From Chrysomallon squamiferum (lineage: Eukaryota; Animalia; Mollusca): a stretch of 64,000 nt of DNA. Both the position numbers and the translations under genes were made by a program. The notes under the pieces are model-generated. The model had not been told where the DNA came from, made no database searches, and saw only the letters and a list, made by a program, of their open reading frames with translations. Below are positions 28,340-41,826 of the stretch, one piece after another (within the stretch, counting starts at the first letter, position 1; the number at the start of each line of letters is the position of its first letter). The DNA is taken from positions 10,354,001 to 10,418,000 of the forward strand of contig CM022668.1 in assembly GCA_012295275.1 (NCBI GenBank), in the 5' to 3' direction.

Positions 28340-31300
28340 TTATGAATTCGTATCATTAATGAATTATTGTTAATACAGAAGTCGTAATTTGAAAAAAATT
28401 GCGATACCTATCTTTCTTCAAACATAATCTTAGTTGCCTAATATATAGACAAACTAACTTTGATGAGATCTGGAACCTAATTTTCATGAAACAAGTTGTA
28501 AGTTCACCACACTGATTGCTAACTTTAAACAAAATATATGCTTTTTGATTCCAAAGAAATGAAATAATAAAAATAAATAAGCAATCAAATAAATAGGCAA
28601 ATTGATAAATAAAGAAAGAAATTAATTTTGCAATATTTGTGTTGCAAATGAATTGAATACTAAAAATACTCAGATATTAAGTTATTGTAGCCGACCTTAA
28701 ATCCAGTGTTTTAATATATGCCTAAATGTGGCTGTAAATATTGTATGCATTACATTAATTTATTGAAACTTCAATAAAATCATTCCATAATGTACTTGTT
28801 AACATATTTGAATTCGGCTATAAATATTGTATCTATTACATTAACATATCTGAACTTCAGTACAAACATTTCATGTCGTACATTAGTATCTGAAACCGGC
28901 CACAAATATTGTAACATGTATGTATGTGTATAGGTACATAGAAATCTATATATGTATTTAAGTACAGACCTTGCGTGCACGTTTCGCCTTCCCAGCCTGA
29001 CAAACATCCACCAACACAGAGTCCACTTTCATGATGACAGTTTTCAGAACTGAGACAATGTCTGTCTTCACATTTCTTTAAACACTTTTCTCCATAAGTA
29101 CCCTGATTACACTCTGAAAAATATCAGTTCTAACTTTAGCATTGGTAAAAACTAACTGATATTCCATGGAAGAAAGAGAGAGAGAGAGAATGAGATTGCA
29201 TTACAGAAGTAGTAACGTTTCAAAAATGCAATCCACCTGAAAAACTAAACAATTACACAACAAAATATGTGTAAGAGATCTTGATGGTTTTAGACAGAGA
29301 AAACACATATCATGATGATGACTAATAAACAACAGTAATAAACTGTGTTGCTATTACTTCTGTAGACTGATAGGTGAGTAGTAACAATAACAGAAGAATA
29401 AGACAGCTAGTAGTAGTATTAGCAGTTCTGGTGCTGTAAGTAGTATTACTAGTAGCAGTTCTGGAACTGTAAGTAGTAATACTAGTAGCAGTTCTGGAAC
29501 TGTAAGTAGTAATACTAGTAGCAGTTCTAGTACTGTAAGTAGTAATACTAATAGCAGTTCTGGTACTGTAAGTAGTAATACTAGTAGCAGTTCTGGAACT
29601 GTAAGTAGTAATACTAGTAGCAGTTCTGGAACTGTAAGTAGTGATACTAGTAGCAGTTCTAGTACTGTAAGTAGTAATACTAGTAGCAGTTCTAGTACTG
29701 TAAGTAGTGATACTAGTAGCAGTTCTAGTACTGTAAGTAGTGATACTAGTAGCAGTTCTGGTACTGTAAGTAGTAATACTAGTAGCAGTTCTGGTACTGT
29801 AAGTAGTGATACTAGTAGCAGTTCTGGTACTGTAAGTAGTAATACTAGTAGCAGTTCTTGTACTGTAAGTAGTAATACTAGTAGCAGTTCTGGTAGTGTA
29901 AGTAGTATTACTAGTAGCAGTTCTAGTACTGTAAGTAGTAATACTAGTAGCAGTTCTAGTACTGTAAGTAGTAATACTAGTAGCAGTTCTAGTACTGTAA
30001 GTAGTAATACTAGTAGCAGTTCTAGTACTGTAAGTAGTAATACTAGTAGCAGTTCTTGTACTGTAAGTAGTAATACTAGTAGCAGTTCTAGTACTGTAAG
30101 TAGTAATACTAGTAGCAGTTCTGGTACTGTAAGTAGTAATACTAGTAGCAGTTCTGGTACTGTAAGTAGTATTACTAGTAGCAGTTCTGGAACAGTAAGT
30201 AGTAATACTAGTAGCAGTTCTAGTACTGTAAGTAGTGATACTAGTAGCAGTTCTAGTACTGTAAGTAGTAATACTAGTAGCAGTTCTAGTACTGTAAGTA
30301 GTGATACTAGTAGCAGTTCTAGTACTGTAAGTAGTGATACTAGTAGCAGTTCTGGTACTGTAAGTAGTAATACTAGTAGCAGTTCTGGTACTGTAAGTAG
30401 TGATACTAGTAGCAGTTCTGGTACTGTAAGTAGTAATACTAGTAGCAGTTCTTGTACTGTAAGTAGTAATACTAGTAGCAGTTCTGGTAGTGTAAGTAGT
30501 ATTACTAGTAGCAGTTCTAGTACTGTAAGTAGTAATACTAGTAGCAGTTCTAGTACTGTAAGTAGTAATACTAGTAGCAGTTCTAGTACTGTAAGTAGTA
30601 ATACTAGTAGCAGTTCTAGTACTGTAAGTAGTAATACTAGTAGCAGTTCTTGTACTGTAAGTAGTAATACTAGTAGCAGTTCTAGTACTGTAAGTAGTAA
30701 TACTAGTAGCAGTTCTAGTACTGTAAGTAGTAATACTAGTAGCAGTTCTGGTACTGTAAGTAGTATTACTAGTAGCAGTTCTGGAACAGTAAGTAGTAAT
30801 ACTAGTAGCAGTTCTAGTACTGTAAGTAGTGATACTAGTAGTAGTTCTGTTAATTGTTGGTTGCTATGGTAGTTGCTGGCTCCAGGGGGAATAGGTGTAC
30901 ATCAAGGACTGGTAACAAACGTTTTTGTTGCAACTGTTGTACTAGTATTTGAACGTTATATGTTTTTTCGTATTTTGTTAAGAATACAAGAGTGACAGTC
31001 CAGTATATATTTATTTTATTATTATTTTTTTTTTTTACTTTCTATACACGTGTCATAGAATACAATATTTATTTATTTAGTTGAATTTCATTAGAAGCAA
31101 ACATTCTTCATATTTGTTTATTTATTTTTACACTAGTATTACTTACTTTCTGTACATGAGTCACTTCTCCAGCCAGGTAAACATTCTCCTTCGCAGGATC
31201 CTGTCACGTGATCACAAGGTGCTTTTGTATTTTTACACTTTCTGCTGCTGCAGTTGTAAACACAGTTTGGTCCAAACATCCCATCACAACCTGAAATAAG

Positions 31301-32752
31301 TTAATTTATTTCTTGTGCAGCAGTACTTTTATTTAAAATTACAAAATTAAAATAATTTATCATTTCCCTTTAGTTTTAATTATACCACCCTTTATTTGTA
31401 AAGTAGGAAACAAAACGTGATATTACAAACCATTAACGGTTAAATATGAAAGTAATTTAAACTGTTAACATTGTCATCACTCCTTTACGATTTATCGTAC
31501 ATCAATACTCCTGTATTGAAGGATAAGTCCACCTTGACCTTTTTTTATTCAAAAGTGTGTACATAAAACGCCGTATTGCATCCTACATGTATTAATATGT
31601 AAATATCAGGTTCGTGAAAATTTTCTTTGTCATCAGAGGTCAATCATTTGGTGAAAGGAAACTAAAAAATGTTTACCTGTACAGTCGATTCCACTCCACC
31701 CGTCCTGACACTGTCCACCACAAGAACCAGTCACGTGATCACAGGTAGATGTACTTTCTCTGCAGTGTCTTTGTGAGCAGTTAAATTTACAACCAGCGCC
31801 ATACGTATCATGATCACACTCTGAAAAATAGTAACATTTTCTTTAGTTGACAAACACATTACAAATGAGTGCACATTTCTACCTACCTAACAGTGCGTCT
31901 GTACATCATACATGTCAAGTTAATTAAGAGGTGACCTAATGTATAGATGCATGCTTGCTATATATACACAAACATATAAATATACATAAATAGAAACATA
32001 CGTTGGTACATGCGCATATTAATATATATACATATGCATGCACAAAACAAATACACAGATATTTGGAGTTATACATATATATACACACATACTTAAATAT
32101 ACACATACATATTTTTTCTGAAACAACAGTTTAACAAGAACGTAATTTATACACATGTGCTGTTATTCTTCACTAACTGATATTAATTCACCAGGCCTGT
32201 AATAAAAGAATGTTTATAACGTGACTCACTTTCATTACAACTCGGGTTTTTCCATCCTGGTTGACAGCCATTTTGACATTTCCCATTCTGAACATCACAC
32301 TTAGAGTTGTTATCTGTGCAATGTCTTTCACTACACTTGTACTCACAGTTAGATCCATACGTGTCATGTTGACATTCTGCAAAATTATTTTAACTGTTTT
32401 GAAAAAGTCACCTATTGCTATAATGCCATTACCTAACACGTGTGTGTGTTGACTTCTGTGTATTTAGACGAACCCAAGTAAAATATTTGTGTCATTTATT
32501 TATTTAATTATTTATTTATGTATTTATGTATTTATTGATCTATTTATTTATTCTGATTTTGTAATTATACATTCATATCATTAATGAATAACTCTGAATG
32601 TAGAAGTAATTTGAAATCATAGCTATAGCTGTCTTTCTTCAGACAAAATCGTAGTTTCAAAATATATTGCAAAAGGTATATATATATATATTATTTTAAC
32701 TAACATTTATTCTTTTGAAAACGTCTCCTATCACTATAATACCATTACCTAG

Positions 32753-32832
<80 letters not shown>

Positions 32833-32842
32833 CAGAGACAGT

Positions 32843-32921
<79 letters not shown>

Positions 32922-35900
32922 TGTCACTTTTAGACTGTTCATTAAGCTACCTACACCTACCTGTGTATCTATCTATTCGTCTGTCTGTCTGTCTGTCTCT
33001 CTGTTTACAAGTGTGTAAGTGTTTCTATGTAATGAATGATTTTTGAACATTTAAACATAATATGATGAGACTTAGTGATGAGAAGAATATAGGTACTGAT
33101 TATAAATGAATACACTAAGTTTTGATGATAGTTACAGGCTCTGTGAGGAAACTTACTGATTGTATTATGCCACTTACTGACTGTACAGTCTGGTTGTTCC
33201 CAACCTGCAAGGCAGCCATCTTTACATGTTCCATTCTCTGTGTCACAGTCCTGTCTACCTTTACAATGTCTGCCAGCACAAGACATGTTACAGTTGTTTC
33301 CGTACGTGCCATTACAATCTGTAAATGAAGAAAAGAAAAATAAATTAGAAAAGACGATATAAGAACGAAAAAACAACTTACTAAAGATACGCACTGTGTT
33401 ACATAACGTATGTATGTGAATGTATGTCTAAATATTTGTCTATATGTGTGGAAGACCTTTCAGCCTTTTAAAAACAAAATCATCTGGAACAAAGACAAGG
33501 TTCTGAAGAAAACTGTTAAACACTTTTTTGATAAATTTGACATTTTGGTGAAGAATACATATTCTAGGTTGAAAAATAATCAACATTTTCATTGATGTGT
33601 GAATTAATTGTGGAAATGCTTATGCGTATTTTTCTTAATTTTTGGAGAAGGAAAGACAGAGAATATTTGTTATGAACAAAAAGTCATTACGCAAATTGTT
33701 ATAAACATTTTGTACTTCCTTAGACTTTTTTCTTTAGGATTTTGGGGATTCTGAATTTGTTTCATATATGCGAATATAGATAACAAAACTTGCGTTCGTA
33801 TCTTTGGTAATCCGAATATCATAATGAGATCTCCAAGACAAACGAATAATTAATCGTTAGTTCTATACTTATTACAGGTTGAAAATTTTGTTCAAACACA
33901 GATTCATGATCTTGGTTTCTCCTACAGCAAAACTAGAACCGAATGATCTTTAAAGAACATAGACATCTAATCTTTGTTGAAACAAAATAAATAAATAAAA
34001 AATATAAATAAATAAACAACAACAACAAAACAACCGTTCTACAAAAGCCATTCTCTACGAGATTTTTGTATCTGGAATAAAATCAGACTGCTCATATTCC
34101 ATGAACAGTGTAATCATAATGTAATTACGTTTAACATTTTATCACTAGTAAATACGTACTGGTTGTACAGTCTGTAGACTCGGATCCTCTTTGACAACCA
34201 CCAACACAAGTTCCATTCACAGCATCACAAATTGAATTTCGAAAACATTTACGTTCTTTACACAGCTTTGAACAGTTTTGTCCGTATCGATCACGGGAAC
34301 ATTCTGAAATATTGAGATACAAATTACAACGGCTGAAAGTAAAGAAAGACTATTTTATGAAACAGAGAATAACAAAATATAAACACATATATGTACATAG
34401 TTACATACACATCACGCTTATGTAATGTATGATGACAACTAGAGATGATAATGACATGTCTGGATGATGAGGGTTACTGATTGTAAAGAGACACTGATTC
34501 TATGATTACTCTTACAGACAAGTCTTGAATTGACTGTATAAAGACACTGATTCTATGATGACACTTAAAGACAAGTCTTGAACTGACTGTATAAAGACAC
34601 TGATTCTATGATGACACTTACAGACAAGTCTTGAACTGACTGTATAAAGACACTGATTCTATGATGACACAGACAAGTCTTGAACTGACTGTATAAAGAC
34701 ACTCAGTGAATGGCAGCAATTACTGAGTGCTTGATGAGTCTTACTTATTGCGTTATTTTTGTATAAAGTCTTACGAAAATACAGACATGCATTTATTAAT
34801 CATTCTAGTAGTTTCTATCCTTTTACCTTTAAGTACAGTATGAATAACACTTATATCAGTATAATCTAGAGGTTGAATTTTTAATTAAACTGATTTGCTA
34901 CACGACTTTCAAATAAATCTTGTTTCAAGCCATATTCCTTATTGATGAATACAGTTTTAATTTAAATTCTCGCAGATTAAAGTAGAAAACATAGATGTAT
35001 GTGTATTTCTATGTAATATTTATCTTACTTTGTTTGCAGTCAGCTGAAATGAAGCCTGCAGTACAACCATTGTCACATTTTCCTGTTACGTTGTTACACG
35101 TTGATGAACCTTTACAGTGTCTGGTAGAACAATCTTCACCACACAGTTCACCATAGTGACTGGAATCACACACTGAAATACAAATATAAAATTATTATTA
35201 TAAAACATTTCTAAAGTACGTATCCATGACAATGTTAAATAAACTTAACCTTTTTTCAACTGCACTCAGAAATTCATAAACTGGAATACAATGTGACTAT
35301 AGAGCAAAATAGTTTAACTGGTCTCTGAACAGCACACGCAAACACACACACCAACGCACAAACACATAAACACACATTTAGTTTTAATATTATTATTATT
35401 ATCTAATAATAATTGCTTAATGATTTCAGAAATTTTAACAGTCAATGTTCTCTATCTATTTTTTGTATGATACCATTACACGAGGACCCATTCCAGTTAG
35501 TCTCACATCCGTCAGAACATTTTCCAGTAGTGTAATTGCAGGGATGTGTTTTACAATGACAAAACTCAGTACAGTGTTCACCATACGTTCCAGCATCACA
35601 CACTGAAAAGTAAAGTTGAAAACAAAAATGATTGTGTTTTTCTAAATGTGTCTACTAAATGTTTCTACATCTAATGAGTATAGTTAAAAATTCCACATAC
35701 CAAGAACTTGAACTTCACAAAAGTCCATTGAAAAGTCGCCTTTGTTTCTGTAAAGTGTGATGTATCTAGCATTCTGATTACAGGTCAGATGTATTATATC
35801 TGGACTGTTTATATCTGTTTTACCACACAAGTGTCCTGTGTTAATCTGGTTTGACTCCTTAGAGCTGTAGAGTTCAACACCATCTCTGCGATCAATGTCT

Positions 35901-38859
35901 AAAAAGTAATTTAAAAAATGTTTGTTAGTTCTGTGTGCTATATCACATTGTTATGCAGAATATTAAAATACGAAAAACATTTATGAACTTTTCATAACTA
36001 TTTATGTATCTCTCATTCTGTCCGTGCTTCCATCTCTTCGTCTATTTATTTCTCATAACGACTAACCTGACTACCCAAGTTATCAGTTAACTAAATTAAT
36101 CAACAAAAACATGCGATAACAATGCAGTAAGCGACATCTTGTCATTATGTTAAACATAGATTCCAAAGAAACCGTTACAAGAAATAATGAATTAAGTGGT
36201 CGTTATGGAATCTAAAAACAAGATATGACAGCAGAATTATCAAAACTTTAATGTAACATTTTCTTCCTACTTTCTTACAGAAATAATTTAATTTGTGTAT
36301 ATGTTTCTATATTATCTTCCTTGAAGAATTTGATTAAGACAATGTGTGTGTTTGATTTTGTGTTTTTGCGTTTTTTCAATTTATTTACTAAAACATTAAA
36401 TGCAGAAGATACATAAAGTAAAATAAATAAATAAGTACAAATACAAATAAAACAAGTAAATAACATAAAAATGAATATTTAATAATAATATATATACAAC
36501 ATTTATAAAAACAATAACTACTACCACTACTGCTATAATTATGTTAAGCTTCTTTCTTTAGAAAGTATCTGAAATCAAGACGAGTGAAACAAAATAATAA
36601 TAATTTTGGAAGATGAAGAGAGAAAAGGTAAACTTAGTTCCTTTCTTCCTTAAAAAATATAATATAAATAATGTGTGTATATGTATGTCTCTTTCTGTAA
36701 TTGCTTTTTTTTTTTTTTTTTGCTTTTTTTTCCAGCTTACTTATCAAAACAATTTTCTGAAGAAAAACAATAAATGAACACTAAACAAGGAACAAGTAAT
36801 GATAAATAAAATAAACAAAATAAGTAAATAACACAAAAATTAATAGTAATAAAAATATTATTACATATACAACGTTTACAACGACTACTACTACCACCGC
36901 TACTAATACTGTTAATATTACTACTATGACTATATTAAAATCAAGCCTAGTACAAAGTATAAAATAAAATATGAAGGTAAATAGAGAAAAGGTAAACTTA
37001 CAACCAGTTCTGAAGTAAACGATTACTTCTTGTATGAAATAAAAATCTCCCAGGTCTACCTGCCACCAGGTGAAGCTGTTGAATACATCTGTTAGAATAC
37101 AGTAAAAATCAGCAGTTCGAGTGTCACCATCTACTGCCACTGAAGAATTTCGATACAGGGTTGGATAATAGGAACTTTGTGTAGTCTTCTTACCAAGCGC
37201 AACGTTTCCTAGAACAAACAAAAAATAGAACTCGTTTATCATTATTCACACTACTACTACTGCAATTTCAGCTGCTACTACTTCACATTATAATTCTGCC
37301 TGTATTACGCTTACCAAAGCGCGCGAAACAGACACACACAAACACAGATATATAAATAGAAAAAGATAAATGCAAATAATTACAAATTATTTATTTTAAA
37401 TATATTTACCAATTGTGCATTTTGGACCTGACCATCCGCTTTTACAGGAATTAGGGCCGCCATTACATCCTGTGACGTCATCACAGTTATTAATATCACA
37501 ATGACACGTGTATTTACAGTTCAGTCCATAGGTCCCTTGTGTACAGTCACCTAGCAACACAGTGTCAGATCAGTTATAACAACATAAGTGTAATAAGTGT
37601 GACTGGAAGATGGCTAAACATCTACAATGAATTAATAGTGATACTCGACAGTTAATAAAATGTTGAGAAATAACCGGACAGACAAACAAACAAACAAACA
37701 AACTGAAAAAATAAGTATTTAAATAACTAAATAAACAAGTAAAAATAAAGTTAAAGTATGAATAAATAATAAACAATGTTGTGTTAAACGAAACAGCTAA
37801 TGCTTTCTTGTTTACTTTATTTATGTAATTAAACACGAAACCCGGAAGATTTCATTTAATGTATGTCAATATTTCATTTATCAGTAAGCGATGTCTTATT
37901 TGTACTTGTTCACAGAGAGCACATTTGTTTTACAGCGCTGGTTGGAACGGGAAGAAAGGCCACGGACACGGCTGACATTGTCTTTAGTAATCTTACAGTT
38001 CAGTGTTCTAACACTGAGCTAAACTACGCGATTACAATTCATACAATAATTCATGTTCTTGTTTTATAACCTGTAAACACATATTTAGCTGGAAGGTAGA
38101 ATTCTTCTCTGCGATATAAAAGTCAACATATACTGAAAAATGTATTTAAAACCTTATTACTTGTTGTGTTAATTTCCAAGAACCGGCTAATTGCTGCTAT
38201 TTGATTTAAAACAATATTTAAGAATGAAATGAAAACAAAATATATTTCCTGAGATTTTAAAATCACTATTGATGTTACAATATCAGATTGCTCAATCAGA
38301 AGAATAATCATGGATGCAGTTATATTAATTTTCAGTCATTTACGAATAAGTCTTTTATCAGAAAAACTATTAAGACAAAAAAATATTCAAATAAATAATT
38401 GGCGGTGTGTATGTTTCGGACGACGATACTGCTAGGATACCAAAACAACCTGACTGCACGCATTTTATTTTTGTCGGAAACTTAAAACTTGCATGTGTGT
38501 ATTTTAGGATGTTGAATATTCTGTGTCTTATGTACGTCTGATTAGACTCTGCACACAGACAATATTCGGGAACACACTGACCCAGGAGGACAAAGTTCAA
38601 TCACGACATCACAAACCCCGTCAAATGCCGCTGACGAAACTCGAACGTATGACACCCATTTACCTCCACTTTCAGTCACCCACAAACAAATTTCAGACAA
38701 AAATTTGCAATAACAACCACAACGACAACTTTGATAACGATGATGATGATGATGATCGTAATACTATAATAATAATAATAATAAATAGGAAATAAAGTTT
38801 TAAAAAATAGTTACAGTTATACAACTTCTCATAACGTTTGGTATCTATCTATCTATCTA

Positions 38860-38907
<48 letters not shown>

Positions 38908-39070
38908 GTCAAACAAACAAACATATACATATATATCTATATGCGTGTGGATGTATGCGGATGTGTGTGTGTATGTGTGTGTGTGTGGATATAACATTAC
39001 CTGATACGTATTCAAACTTGACATAAATGCACAACGCAGAATGAAAGAAGTAAATCCAACACTTCAACAT
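27093..39070 (-). CDS. G3: apparently intact F-type lectin domain plus 9 EGF-like exon type I membrane receptor with tyrosine-motif tail (MEGF10/SCARF-like repeats), 732 aa
   Basis: 14 exons: 39070-39001, 37550-37410, 37208-37002, 35898-35701, 35602-35474, 35172-35029, 34303-34160, 33318-33178, 32376-32230, 31820-31677, 31290-31147, 29113-28970, TM 28068-27972, tail 27441-27093. Total 2199 nt with no internal stop. All introns are GT-AG except a GC donor after the TM exon. Confidence 0.88.
27641..27798. repeat. 78-bp direct tandem duplication in the last intron of G3
   Basis: TACGTGCATAAATGTATATG... starts at 27641 and again at 27719. Confidence 0.85.
29420..30850. repeat. 33-bp minisatellite, about 43 copies, with a 594-bp higher-order duplication
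   Basis: Unit AGTAGTAATACTAGTAGCAGTTCT(A/G)GTACTGTA. Rare variants recur at +594 (29891/30485 and 30189/30783). Confidence 0.95.
34490..34702. repeat. 53-bp tandem repeat, 4 copies, in a G3 intron
   Basis: GACACTGATTCTATGAT... at 34490, 34543, 34596 and 34649. Single copy in the homologous G2 intron (~18934). Confidence 0.85.
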
Positions 39071-39365
39071 GTTTTCTATTCTCAAACAAAAAAATCTGTT
39101 AACTTTTATAAAACCTCCTTTCTTTATCTGTCACTACAGAGTTATGTCAAGTAACAGCAAATCATAAAACACACATTGTTCAACGGGTAGTTATAAATAC
39201 ACTTACTAGAGTACTAGAGGTGTGTTCTGAACATGTATTCGAGTGTTTCTTTTAAACGTGTCAAGCTGTAATCATAAGTGTAAAATAAATGTTATCAAAC
39301 AAGTTAACCAGGAAGATGTTTTTATCTTTATGCAGGAGCGTATCCTGGATTGTAAAGTGGGTAGC

Positions 39366-39458
<93 letters not shown>

Positions 39459-39552
39459 TCTCTCTCTCTCTACCTCTCTCTTTCTCTCTATCTACCTCTC
39501 TCTCTTTCTCTCTTTCTTTCTCTATCCTCTCTCCTTCTCTCTCTACCTCTCA

Positions 39553-39650
<98 letters not shown>

Positions 39651-40393
39651 ATATATATATATATATATATGAACAGACACGACGGACACACATATCAATC
39701 AAAAAAGAAACATACAAACACATATGAACAGTTTGTACGTATACACAAATATGCATACTTACAGATTTCTAGTATGTACACGTATGTAATATATTTTCAC
39801 CAGATTTATTTGATAAGTAGCCGTTTCCCTTGACAAACATTATAAGAACTAAATAAAAAAATAAAATAAGGGTCTATGGGTTTAATAATCGTTTAACTAA
39901 TGTAATCTAAAGTATTGCCTTTTGTTGTGAATACCTCTGTAACGACTGATGAATATGTATTTAACTAAGCTTTAAAAATACGAATTGGCTCTGAAAGTTT
40001 ATATTATTTAAAAATATTAATTTTATATTTATTTGCTAGGGATTCAAGTTGACCATTGTAATGTATATTACGATCTGCCCCTACAAGTGTTTGAAAATCG
40101 TTCTACATATGTTATCGCTGACACAGAGTAATGGCTTACAATGCAACGTTCGCTAAGCTAATTGTGATAAGAAATTAGTATTACGAGTGTTTGTACGGTG
40201 ATAAAGAAGAGTGGACGTTATTTTCAACCATAAAAAACAAAACAAAATAATTTTTTTAAATAATACTTTCTTTTTTCTTTTACTTTATTTTGATTTTTAA
40301 GTATAAATCAGGTCAATTTCATTTTTGTTTTTTCATAGATAATATGAACTTTTAAACTATATCACATAATATGCAAATATGCATGCATGCGGA

Positions 40394-40503
<110 letters not shown>

Positions 40504-41125
40504 AAATGGTGAGGCAAACAAAAGAAATATAATTTTATCTTTAGGTGGGTGTTTATATATCGATTGTTAAATATTTACAACAGACTGAACATTGTTACAA
40601 GAATAGCTCAGTTAAATACAATGGAATAACAACGTAATATTTAAATACACCAGTAACATGAGAATAACGTAACATTTAAATACACAAATAACACGAGAAT
40701 AGCGCAACATGTAAAACTATAAATAAAACTAAAATAAGGGGAAGCACTTAATTAGCCCCCAAAACTCGATATTAACGTAACATTTAAACACAAAATTAAC
40801 ACGAGAATAACATAATATTAAATACAGATTACATCTTTATTTGTACAAAGGTAAAAGAAAGAATACTTAATGTAACTGATTACACAGATGAATGTAAACT
40901 TCGCACACATTTTGACACGAAAACTGGACTTCACAGTCAAACAACTAAAATACATATAAACTCGCATTAACACTGAAAATTGTATTGCTGTTATCTTTTC
41001 AAACGTGTTACTTGAATTCTCGTTCCACTTGAGTTTTTCGTACTCGTTCATTTGAACACTTTGACTACTATTAACGTAGTCATTTCTAGTGGTTCTCTCC
41101 AACTGATCACGTGATAATGTGTGAA

Positions 41126-41794
41126 TTAAGATAACTTGAAATCGTAAGCGTAACCGGTGTAAGCACCAGGTTCAGTCAGAGTTTCCTCATTTCTTTCTTC
41201 GTGTTCCGAGTTTTGATCAGTTCTCTCGTGGTTTGTCGTCACGTCATTTATCTTCCGTGTAGTTCTGTTTATACACCTGGTAAACAAACAAAAACACCAA
41301 ATAAAACTCACATACATTCATTCGTTGAATCTTTAGTTTTCCTTCTATTTTATACGCCTAATTTATGGGTGTTTATATTTGTATGCTTCTATGCATGTGT
41401 CTGTGTGTGTGTATAGATAGGTAGATAGATAGATAGATAGATAGATGGATGGATGGATGGTTGGATGGATGGATGGATGGATGGATGGATGGATGGATGG
41501 ACAGATAGATAGAGAGATCCAGAGAGAGATAAATAGATAGATAGGTAGTTAGATAGAGAGATTATGTATGTGTGTGTGTGTTTGTCAGTTTCTGTGTGTG
41601 TATGAGCTCACTGAATATTTGTTCTAGATTTTGTCTCTTATTTCTGTGTACGTTATATCAAAGTATTTAAGTGTTTATATGTTATGTTTCTGTGCATGTT
41701 TATTACACTGGTATACGAGTGAGTGTGTATCTATGTAAATTTTAGTAATGTGTGTCTGTACTCAAACACACATATACATATTAAAGTTACATGA

Positions 41795-41826
<32 letters not shown>

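Noticed and set aside
29420-30850. CRISPR-like array (33-bp period)
   Set aside because: Contiguous repeats with no unique spacers, in a eukaryotic intron, and no cas genes.
27093-39070. Assigning MEGF10/MEGF11/draper, SCARF or a receptor tyrosine phosphatase symbol
   Set aside because: No EMI domain, NPxY motif or phosphatase domain is seen, so orthology is unsupported.
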